From the IMG/VR virus record IMGVR_UViG_3300016484_001207, positions 1-33,567 of that record: a stretch of 33,567 bases of DNA. One strand, written 5' to 3'. The notes under the pieces were generated by a model, which was given only the letters and a program-made list of their open reading frames with translations, had not been told where the DNA came from and searched no databases. Shown piece by piece: positions 1 to 7,624 of the stretch. The DNA is from a virus (lineage: Duplodnaviria; Caudoviricetes). How positions within the stretch are numbered: position 1 is the stretch's first letter; each line of letters starts with the position of its first letter. Both the position numbers and the translations under genes were made by a program.

Positions 1-7
1 AATATTT

Positions 8-685
8 ATGAAATACATACCAATAATTTTTAGCACACCAATGGTGCAGGCAGAACAGGAAGATAGAAAAACAGAAACCCGCCGCACCAAAGGGCTGGAT
101 GCAGTAAATGAAAATCCTGATGATTGGGAGTTTACAGGTTTTGTATTTAATGGAAAAGCAGATTTATGCGCCCAATTCAAAAACATAAACAACCCATCAC
201 AGCAGCAAACAATAAAATGCCCATACGGCAAAACCGCCGCTGTGCTTTGGGTAAGGGAAAGCTTCCAACAGGTAACTGATTTTTCAAAAGGACCTAAAAA
301 TGTAACTTTTCCATTTATGTATAAGGCTGATGGGTTTGAGCCTTATAGAAGCAAATGGAAGCCCTCCATCCACATGCCCAAACCCGCCTGCCGCATCTTT
401 TTACAAATACAAGACATACAAGTGCAACGCCTGCAGGATATAACAGAACAGGATGCAAGAAACGAAGGCGCATTGATTGTAAAATATGAAGAAATAGAAA
501 ATACTACTTATGGGTATAGTCATATTTATCAAAATGAAATTGAAGCAAGAAGCACATGGATATATGCAAAAGACAGCTTTAAGGAGATAATAAATAAAAT
601 AAACGGCCCCACCAGCTGGGATGCCAACCCGTGGGTATGGGTAATAAAATTTAAACGAATACCAAAACCTGAAAACTTCTGCTAA
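8..685 (+). CDS. ASCH/PUA-like phage protein
   Basis: Motifs PIIFSTPMV..RKTETRR, CPYG...LWVRE, WKPSIHMP, RLQDITEQDA..EG, NPWVWVI typical of this conserved phage family. Confidence 0.7.
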   Translation: MKYIPIIFSTPMVQAEQEDRKTETRRTKGLDAVNENPDDWEFTGFVFNGKADLCAQFKNINNPSQQQTIKCPYGKTAAVLWVRESFQQVTDFSKGPKNVTFPFMYKADGFEPYRSKWKPSIHMPKPACRIFLQIQDIQVQRLQDITEQDARNEGALIVKYEEIENTTYGYSHIYQNEIEARSTWIYAKDSFKEIINKINGPTSWDANPWVWVIKFKRIPKPENFC

Positions 686-2211
686 TGGAGCAAACAAAAT
701 ACGATAAAGAAAAAAGGTTTAGCCGAAAAAAACAGAATGAAGTTGACACTTTGGTTTACGGTAAAGTGCCACCACAGGCAAAAGAGCTGGAAAGTGCTGT
801 GCTGGGTGCTATTATGCTGGAACGCCATGCATTTGAACTGGTTGCTGAAATTTTAAAGCCTGAAAGTTTTTATGTTGATGCTCATCAGCAAATATTCAGG
901 GCCATGAAAAAACTTTCTGCTGATAACAAGCCTATTGATGAACTGACCGTTGCACAACAGTTAATGGCAAGTGGTGAAATTGAAACTGCAGGTGGAGTGT
1001 ATTACCTGATGCAGTTGACAAAAAATGTGGTAAGCTCAGCCAACATTGTACCACACAGCCATTTTATAAGGGAAAAGTTTTTGCGCCGGGAATTAATACG
1101 GCTGAGTGGCAACACACTGAATGATGCCTATAATGATGAGGTACCACTAAAATCATTACTGAATGAGTTTGAAATGGAGTTTACCAACATCAGCATGGAT
1201 GGCACAAGCGATAATGCTGTAATGATTGATCAGGCTGTGGTGGAATCTATCCGGCGAATGGAAGAGCTGAAAGCACAGGATCAGGAAATAACGGGAGTAC
1301 CCAGCGGCTTTTATGAGATTGATAAAATTACCCACGGCTTTCAGGATACGGATTTAATCATACTGGCAGCAAGGCCTTCAGTAGGTAAAACAGCTTTGGC
1401 CCTTAACCTGGCAAGGAACGCTGCCATCAATAAAATTAAAGAGGTACCAGTCGCTTTCTTTTCTCTTGAAATGAGTACAGGGCAATTAACAAACAGGATG
1501 ATTTCTGCTGAAAGCGGTATATGGCTGGAAAAAATAAGCAATGGCCGTTTTGAAGAAGATGAGATGAAAACCATTTACAAAAAAGGTGTGGAATCATTAA
1601 GCAAGGCAAAAATAATTATTGATGATACGCCGGCGCTTGATATTCATTCCTTAAAAACACGTTGCCGTAAACATAAAAGGCAGCATAAGATTGGTTTAAT
1701 AATTATTGACTACCTGCAGCTGATGAGTGGTGATACAAATGACAGCAGAAACAGGGAAAGAGAGATAAGCCAGATTAGCCGTGGACTGAAACAGCTGGCA
1801 AAGGAATTAAAAATACCTGTTATTGCGCTAAGCCAGTTAAGTCGTGAAACTGAAAAAAGGAAAGGTGAGGCTAAAACACCACAACTAAGTGACATTAGGG
1901 AAAGTGGTGCCATTGAACAGGATGCTGACATGGTAATGTTTTTGTACCGGCCTGAATACTACCAAATATCTGCCAATGAAATGGGAGAGAGCACAGCCGG
2001 TGAAACACATGTAACCATTGCCAAACACCGTAACGGTAAACTGGCTGTTGGCCATAATGCTATAAAGCTGCGTGCCCTGCTGCACATTCAAAAGTTTGTA
2101 CCATGGAAAGATAGTGACAGCCCTGCAGCAGCACCCAGCGAATTAGGACCGGGTGCATGGAAGCCGGTAAGTGAAATTAATAACCAAAAAGGCGATGGAT
2201 TGTCATTTTAA
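685..2211 (+). CDS. dnaB: Replicative DNA helicase DnaB
   Basis: PPQAKELE.AVLG N-terminus, Walker A AARPSVGKT, FFSLEM, IIIDYLQL, LSQLSR, SDIRESGAIEQDAD, AKHRNG. Confidence 0.97.
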   Translation: MEQTKYDKEKRFSRKKQNEVDTLVYGKVPPQAKELESAVLGAIMLERHAFELVAEILKPESFYVDAHQQIFRAMKKLSADNKPIDELTVAQQLMASGEIETAGGVYYLMQLTKNVVSSANIVPHSHFIREKFLRRELIRLSGNTLNDAYNDEVPLKSLLNEFEMEFTNISMDGTSDNAVMIDQAVVESIRRMEELKAQDQEITGVPSGFYEIDKITHGFQDTDLIILAARPSVGKTALALNLARNAAINKIKEVPVAFFSLEMSTGQLTNRMISAESGIWLEKISNGRFEEDEMKTIYKKGVESLSKAKIIIDDTPALDIHSLKTRCRKHKRQHKIGLIIIDYLQLMSGDTNDSRNREREISQISRGLKQLAKELKIPVIALSQLSRETEKRKGEAKTPQLSDIRESGAIEQDADMVMFLYRPEYYQISANEMGESTAGETHVTIAKHRNGKLAVGHNAIKLRALLHIQKFVPWKDSDSPAAAPSELGPGAWKPVSEINNQKGDGLSF

Positions 2212-2220
2212 AAATAAACT

Positions 2221-2622
2221 ATGGAATTTACTAAACTAGTTAAACCATTGCGCTGGTGGGTTTTGGTTAAGGGTGGCTCCAAGTTGGGAGAATACAAAAC
2301 CGTGTATTACCGTACCAATATGACCTTCCAGTTTTTTCAAAAATGGCGTTGGTATTTTGAGTACAGGCAGGCACTATATAAAATTAAAAACCCAAGGCAT
2401 AGCACAGATATAACGTGGGGTAGTTATGAAAGTAAAACCGCACAAGAAGAAGTAAAGGAGAAACTAAAAAATGCCATTACCGGCGCAAAAGCACAAATAA
2501 CAAAGTGGGAAAATCTTATACAGCAGGCTAAGAAAACATGGTGCGAATTATTCCCAATAGAAGATGATGCCAATTATCAAAAAGCCATACAAAAAATTGA
2601 AGCAGCAAAATGTAAACTGTAA
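2221..2622 (+). CDS. Hypothetical protein (basic, coiled-coil C-terminus)
   Basis: 133-aa ORF in operon context with A-rich leader. Confidence 0.7.
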   Translation: MEFTKLVKPLRWWVLVKGGSKLGEYKTVYYRTNMTFQFFQKWRWYFEYRQALYKIKNPRHSTDITWGSYESKTAQEEVKEKLKNAITGAKAQITKWENLIQQAKKTWCELFPIEDDANYQKAIQKIEAAKCKL

Positions 2623-2660
2623 ACTGCAAAATTTAATTAAAGAACAACAAATTTTAGAAA

Positions 2661-3095
2661 GTGAATTACAAATACATAATAGGAATTGATTGCGGGGTTG
2701 TAACCGGGCTTGCATTATGGTTATGTGGTAACAGAAAGCTGGAAGTTGTTGAATCATGCAGCATTATTGAGGCTATGAATTTTATTACAGGCTTTGTAAC
2801 CAGTGGTAAAGAAGAAGTGCTGGTACGTGTGGAAGATGCCCGTTTACGCACATGGATACCACAGGGCAAAAATGAAAAAGAAGAGCGTGGCAGGCGTGAG
2901 GGTGCAGGCTCTGTTAAAAGAGATGCCAAAATATGGGAAGAATTTTTGACTTACCACAACATACCCTTTGAAATGGTGGCACCCAAAAACAACAAAACAA
3001 AAACCACCGCCGAATATTTTGCCAAAATTACCGGCTGGAAAGAAAAAACAAATGAACATGCCCGTGATGCAGCCATGCTGGTTTACGGGTTTTAA
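2661..3095 (+). CDS. RuvC/RNase H-fold nuclease (Holliday junction resolvase-like)
   Basis: IIGIDCG..TGLA start, VRVED, C-terminal EHARDAAML; GTG start. Confidence 0.7.
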   Translation: MNYKYIIGIDCGVVTGLALWLCGNRKLEVVESCSIIEAMNFITGFVTSGKEEVLVRVEDARLRTWIPQGKNEKEERGRREGAGSVKRDAKIWEEFLTYHNIPFEMVAPKNNKTKTTAEYFAKITGWKEKTNEHARDAAMLVYGF

Positions 3096-3105
3096 AGCCA
3101 ATAGT

Positions 3106-3420
3106 ATGAACAATAAAGACAAACCACAGTTTGCAAAAAACATCATCTTTTTAAGGAACCAGCTAAAACTTACACAGGAAGAAGCCAGCCGGCTGGCAGA
3201 TGTGCCCATTGGCACATGGGCCAGTTATGAGGAAGGCAGGGCTGCACCCAGGCTTATTAATTTACCAAAGGTATTAACGGTGCTGCAGTTTACTGATGTG
3301 GATGCATTGGTAAATAAAGACCTTGCCAATTTGGAAATGGAAAAAACTGCAGGCCCCGATTTGAACCGGATAAAACTGCTGCTATTTGAATTGAATAAAC
3401 ATTTTGGAATAAAGAAATGA
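3106..3420 (+). CDS. XRE-family helix-turn-helix regulator
   Basis: FAKNIIFLRNQLKLTQEEAS...TWASYEEGRAAP; start moved from 2968 to the ATG at 3106 to avoid overlap with the upstream gene. Confidence 0.85.
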   Translation: MNNKDKPQFAKNIIFLRNQLKLTQEEASRLADVPIGTWASYEEGRAAPRLINLPKVLTVLQFTDVDALVNKDLANLEMEKTAGPDLNRIKLLLFELNKHFGIKK

Positions 3421-5597
3421 AAAAGACAATGGAAAATCAACCACAATTTTTAATAGTAGATCTGTTTTGCGGCGCCGGCGGCACCACCACAGGCTTTGCC
3501 ATGGCAAACAATGGCATAGCCAAAGTAATAGCCTGTGTAAACCACGATGCAAAAGCAATAGAAAGCCACTGGAAAAACCACCCTGAAGTAAAGCATTTTG
3601 AAGAAGACATAAGAACGCTGGATTTAACAGAGCTGATTGAAGTAGTAAAGTTTCAGCGCTCACTATACCCACAAGCAAAACTAATACTGTGGGCCAGTTT
3701 AGAGTGTACAAATTTCAGCAAAGCAAAAGGCGGCCAGCCACGGGATGCAGACAGCCGTACACTGGCAGAACATTTAGAGCGCTACATTTTAGCCATTAAC
3801 CCCGATTATATACAAATTGAAAATGTAGTGGAATTTATGAGCTGGGGGCCTTTAATATCAAAGGTTACCAAAACAGATGAAGGTTTTGATTGCTGTAAAG
3901 TTTTTTACACTGAAATGTATGAATACGTTTTAGATGCTGACGGAGATTATGTAATGGAAGAAATCTATGAAAATGGTGTTTATTTAGGAAATGAAATGAA
4001 ACAACAAAAGTCTGGTGAAATAAAAGTTAGTTTTATTGGTACTCCTGAAAATAAAAAAAATGGGCAGGATTTTGTAAGGTGGAAAAATAAGGTGTGCAGT
4101 CATGGCTATCGTGACGAATGGAAAGAATTAAACAGCGCCAACTTTGGAGCATACACCAGCCGCAACCGTCTGTTTGGAGTATTTGCAAAGCCCGGTTTGC
4201 CAATAGCCTGGCCACAGCCAACACATGCAAAAAATCCATCCAAATTTTCAATGTACGGCGATTTACAAAAATGGAAAGCAGTAAAAGAAGTGCTGGATTT
4301 TACTGATGAAGGCGAAAGTATTTTCAACCGCAAAAAACCGCTTAGCGATAAAACACTCGAACGCATTTATGCCGGTTTAGAAAAATATGTGGCCAAAGGA
4401 GATAAAAGTTTCATCAGCAAATATTACAGCGGCCGGCCTGCAGGTAAAGTAACCAGTGTTAACCAACCAGGCGGCACCATAACAACTGCAGCAACACAGG
4501 CACTGGTAAATGCCAGCTTTATAATGCAGCGAAATTCAGGTAATCCTGAAAGTAAAATTGTAAATGTAGATGGCCCTGCACGTACATTAACAAGCACAGG
4601 CGGCAATCAGGATTTGGTGCAGGCTGAGTTTTTAATGCAAACCTATGCCGGTAATTCTTTAAAGGCAACTAATGAGCCTGCAAATACAATTACTACAAGG
4701 TTTCACCCTCACTTAGTGCAGCCAGTTTGTTTATTAAAATACGATAGTACCGATAAAACAGGTAAGCATTACCCGCCATCGGTAGATGCACCATGCCCCG
4801 TAATAATTGCACAGGGCAGGTTGGGTATTATCAATGCTCAGTTTATACAGCATTACTATGGCAATGGTTTTACCACCGATACAAATGAGCCATGCCCAAC
4901 ACTAACAACAAAAGAAAGATGTGCATTAGTGCAGCCAGAGTTTCTGGTAAATTTTAATCATAGTAGTAAAAGTAATGACATAAATGAGCCTTCGCCAACA
5001 CTTTTAACCAGAGATAAATTAGCAATTGCAAAGCCAGAGTTTTTAAGCAATCAAAACCAAAGCATAAACGATCCTGCCGGCACTGTAATGCCTAATGATA
5101 AACACAGGTTGGTGGAAGCGGTGCCATTTATCATGCCAACCAATTATGATAACACGCCAAAATCTGTTGATGATCCAGCGCCAACATTACAGGCAAGCCG
5201 CCGGCATCATTACATAATCAATCCATCACACGGCGGGCACAGCACTGCAATTGATGCCCCATGCCCGGTTGTAATTGCCCGGCAAGATAAAGCGCCATTA
5301 TATCTGGTAAATGTTGAAAACGGCGCAGCTGCAATACCACTGTATGAAGATGAGCCGGAAGTAATGCACCGCATAAAAATGTTTATGGCCGTGTTTGGTT
5401 TGGTTGATATAAAAATGCGTATGCTCAGGGTTTTAGAGCTGTTGAAAATACAAGGCTTCCCGGCTGATTATGTACTGTGTGGCAACCAGAGCGATCAAAA
5501 AAAGTTTATCGGTAACAGTGTAGTACCACAAGTTGTAAAAGCTTGGATTGAAGCAATGGGAGAAAAATTAATTAGTGAATTTAAAAATGCTGCGTAA
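3417..5597 (+). CDS. C5 cytosine DNA methyltransferase with repeat-expanded variable region
   Basis: Motif I DLFCGAGG, motif IV variant WASLECTNFS, motif VI IENV, SRNRLF, ELLKIQGFP, IGNSV; start may be 3429. Confidence 0.93.
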   Translation: MKKTMENQPQFLIVDLFCGAGGTTTGFAMANNGIAKVIACVNHDAKAIESHWKNHPEVKHFEEDIRTLDLTELIEVVKFQRSLYPQAKLILWASLECTNFSKAKGGQPRDADSRTLAEHLERYILAINPDYIQIENVVEFMSWGPLISKVTKTDEGFDCCKVFYTEMYEYVLDADGDYVMEEIYENGVYLGNEMKQQKSGEIKVSFIGTPENKKNGQDFVRWKNKVCSHGYRDEWKELNSANFGAYTSRNRLFGVFAKPGLPIAWPQPTHAKNPSKFSMYGDLQKWKAVKEVLDFTDEGESIFNRKKPLSDKTLERIYAGLEKYVAKGDKSFISKYYSGRPAGKVTSVNQPGGTITTAATQALVNASFIMQRNSGNPESKIVNVDGPARTLTSTGGNQDLVQAEFLMQTYAGNSLKATNEPANTITTRFHPHLVQPVCLLKYDSTDKTGKHYPPSVDAPCPVIIAQGRLGIINAQFIQHYYGNGFTTDTNEPCPTLTTKERCALVQPEFLVNFNHSSKSNDINEPSPTLLTRDKLAIAKPEFLSNQNQSINDPAGTVMPNDKHRLVEAVPFIMPTNYDNTPKSVDDPAPTLQASRRHHYIINPSHGGHSTAIDAPCPVVIARQDKAPLYLVNVENGAAAIPLYEDEPEVMHRIKMFMAVFGLVDIKMRMLRVLELLKIQGFPADYVLCGNQSDQKKFIGNSVVPQVVKAWIEAMGEKLISEFKNAA

Positions 5598-5727
5598 AAC
5601 GGATTTGGGCTTTGCGATGTGGTGGCATTCAAGGCTCGTCAGTTCAAATAACCACCAAAGCTGATTAGATGTACACAGCTTAATTTTTGTACGTCAGCCA
5701 CCATATAGCAAAACCCCTGTTATATGC
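5592..5727 (+). repeat. attC-like hairpin site 1
   Basis: GCGTAAAAC (5592-5600) ... arms 5607-5626/5697-5716 (17/20 complementary) ... GTTATATGC (5719-5727); overlaps the MTase stop codon. Confidence 0.75.
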
Positions 5728-5758
5728 TGTGCTTTTTTAGGGGTAAAAATTATTCAAA

Positions 5759-6244
5759 ATGGATAGAAACACATACAGAGGTCGTGGATTTGTCAGAGTA
5801 CAAAGATTTCCTGAACGCTACGAAAAAACAGCTTTTGTTTATGGTGATTTTCATAAAGATTATGATGGTAGTTTATATCACTACATCACTAAACTACCTG
5901 ATATGGAAAATGAGTTTCAAACAAGTTTTTACAATGTTGAAAGCAATACAGTTACTCAATGTACTGGATTGAAAGATAAAAATGGAACGCCAATTTTTGA
6001 AGGCGATATAATTAAGTACACAGCACACGAAAAATATTTACTACCTACATTTTTTGCAACCGTTGTATTTGAGGAAGATTACGCCTATTTCGGTTACAAA
6101 AGAGCCGACCAAAATAATTATGGATATGCTACGCCATTTTCCGACCACGATGAATTAAAAACGGACTTTTTAAATTTTGTCGAAGTTGTCGGCAATATTT
6201 GGGATAATCAAATTTCGGAACTGGTCGCACAGCATAGCATATAA
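5759..6244 (+). CDS. YopX-family protein (cassette 1)
   Basis: QCTGLKDKNGTPIFEGDII and EVVGNIWDN motifs. Confidence 0.9.
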   Translation: MDRNTYRGRGFVRVQRFPERYEKTAFVYGDFHKDYDGSLYHYITKLPDMENEFQTSFYNVESNTVTQCTGLKDKNGTPIFEGDIIKYTAHEKYLLPTFFATVVFEEDYAYFGYKRADQNNYGYATPFSDHDELKTDFLNFVEVVGNIWDNQISELVAQHSI

Positions 6245-6370
6245 CGTTGAAGCATTGGCGATGTTGCCGATTTTAAAAACAAATGTTCAATTAACCACAA
6301 AAGCTAAATATATGCAATCAGTTGAAAATATGCAGTCCAGCGGCAATATTGCCAATGCAGTGTTGCCTGC
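6237..6370 (+). repeat. attC-like hairpin site 2
   Basis: GCATATAAC (6237-6245) ... arms 6252-6269/6341-6358 (16/18) ... GTTGCCTGC (6362-6370); loop 6285-6314 is 25/30 identical to site 1 loop 5642-5671. Confidence 0.8.
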
Positions 6371-6968
6371 TGTGGCATGGTTAGAGTGCTGCTCCTGCGG
6401 CAATCAAATTGAGGAAGATTATTACAGGGAGAAGGACAATGAGATTTACTGCGATAATTGCTACGAAGAACAATTTCAATTTCATTGCCCTATCTGCGAA
6501 GAATACCACGACAAAACAGGAACACCCGAAAAAACATTCTTCTACCTGCATGAGCAACACGGCAATTTGAAACCTGGCTATTACCGTGTAAAAGACTTTC
6601 CTGTTTTCATTTCCGATATGTTCAGTGCATGGATTTGCGAAGGTGCTGTGGAGTTGGCAAGTAAAAACGTTTGCTATAAGTACGAGGGAAAACTTAAAGC
6701 AACTGAATTTATTTGCGAAGATTGTTTTAATGAAAAAGGACTAAGCCAATGGCGTGTAGAAAGACATATCCATTATGCTATGAACAAAGCATACAAGCCA
6801 CGCAAGTACAAGAACTACAAAAGAGTGATTGTAACGGTGTCACCTGAATACTTTGAAATTATGGGCGGTAAAATCCGCTTCAAAAATGTCAGTCTAAAGA
6901 AGGATGAAAGCAAAAAAGTACAGCAGTTGTCTGTCCAATTTGAATTAGAGGAAAGCTCAAAGCCATAG
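6312..6968 (+). CDS. Multi-CxxC zinc-finger-like protein (cassette 2)
   Basis: CCSC, CDNC, CPIC, CEDC motifs; start uncertain (ATG 6312 or 6330 inside site 2; the track's 6177 start overlaps yopX). Confidence 0.75.
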   Translation: MQSVENMQSSGNIANAVLPAVAWLECCSCGNQIEEDYYREKDNEIYCDNCYEEQFQFHCPICEEYHDKTGTPEKTFFYLHEQHGNLKPGYYRVKDFPVFISDMFSAWICEGAVELASKNVCYKYEGKLKATEFICEDCFNEKGLSQWRVERHIHYAMNKAYKPRKYKNYKRVIVTVSPEYFEIMGGKIRFKNVSLKKDESKKVQQLSVQFELEESSKP

Positions 6969-7130
6969 CAGGCAACGCCCAGAAATTGCCGATGTGCGCC
7001 ACGAACCGGATGGAATCCGGGGTAAAGTGGTAAACATCGGTTGAGGCAGACGGCGCATATTGGCAATTTGATGTAGGCCGCCGTACGGCTTTTGTGGATG
7101 GCCTGCCGAATTTTCTGGGCGTAGGAACGC
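6968..7130 (+). repeat. attC-like hairpin site 3 (extended form)
   Basis: GCAGGCAAC (6968-6976); arms 6983-7000/7052-7069 (16/18); GTAGGCCGC at 7073; extra outer stem 6975-6985/7112-7122 followed by GTAGGAACGC. Confidence 0.75.
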
Positions 7131-7352
7131 CATAAGTAAGGACGGGAAATGAGGAACGAATTGAAGTCGTTACGGCTTTCACTCTAAGGGGTCAGGTGCC
7201 TGAAAGGGATATACTGTAGATAAGGTTCACACCACTGACTGCCGCAGTGGGATCTGGGGCGATGCCCACCGAGACGCAGGGAACAGGTCGGGCCATTAGA
7301 CAGCTAAGTGAACCCTCGCTGACCTCTTAGAGTGAAAGTATGGCGGTCCTAC
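7121..7352 (+). ncRNA. Putative structured non-coding RNA/cassette of unknown family
   Basis: Closing stem 7121-7134/7339-7352 (13/14), 21-bp stem 7175-7195/7319-7339 (two G-U), inner stems GGTTCAC/GTGAACC and CCACTG/CAGTGG; GC-richer than its flanks; no credible ORF. Confidence 0.6.
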
Positions 7353-7510
7353 GGGCTCCGGATTGCCGAAGTTCGCTGCGCTTTTAAGTGTAACGAAAAA
7401 GCAAGCAGTGAACGAGGCAAAGGTTTCTGCGAATTTTGGCAATCCGATGCTGGACGCTGCCCTGGTTGCCAAAGAGAGCAGTTACCTTTTTCCGGAGCCC
7501 GCTGGAACGC
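7345..7510 (+). repeat. attC-like hairpin site 4 (extended form)
   Basis: GGTCCTAC (7345-7352); arms 7360-7376/7429-7445 (15/17); GCTGGACGC at 7449; outer stem 7352-7362/7491-7501 followed by GCTGGAACGC. Confidence 0.7.
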
Positions 7511-7624
7511 AAAGAAAGCTATAGGAGTGAAGAATGAACGGACAGATTTCGTCCCTTAACCGATTCTTTTTTTCTTTTTAAAGCTGCGGAGCATTGTTTT
7601 ATAAAAACAAATAACAATAAAAAA

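Noticed and set aside
3417-5600. Methyltransferase as a cassette
   Set aside because: No convincing complement of its end (GCTGCGTAAAAC) upstream; the gene is coupled to the HTH gene by ATGA
5592-7510. CRISPR or other short-repeat guide array
   Set aside because: No identical short repeats at regular spacing; the units are gene-sized; no cas or Nop-domain gene
6815-7559. Track ORFs 6815-7066(-), 6889-7182(-) and 7332-7559(+)
   Set aside because: They lie across stems, have atypical composition and lack A-rich leaders; likely spurious
7140-7560. RNase P RNA resemblance (GGGCTCC, GAATGA..GACAGA..CTTA)
   Set aside because: Lacks GAGGAAAGUCC and the P4 partner CGGCUU; the matches are explained by the site 4 stems
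6994-7560. Group II intron (GTGCG at 6994) or group I intron
   Set aside because: No domain V hairpin or P7-type motifs recognised, no interrupted gene, and no RT or homing nuclease
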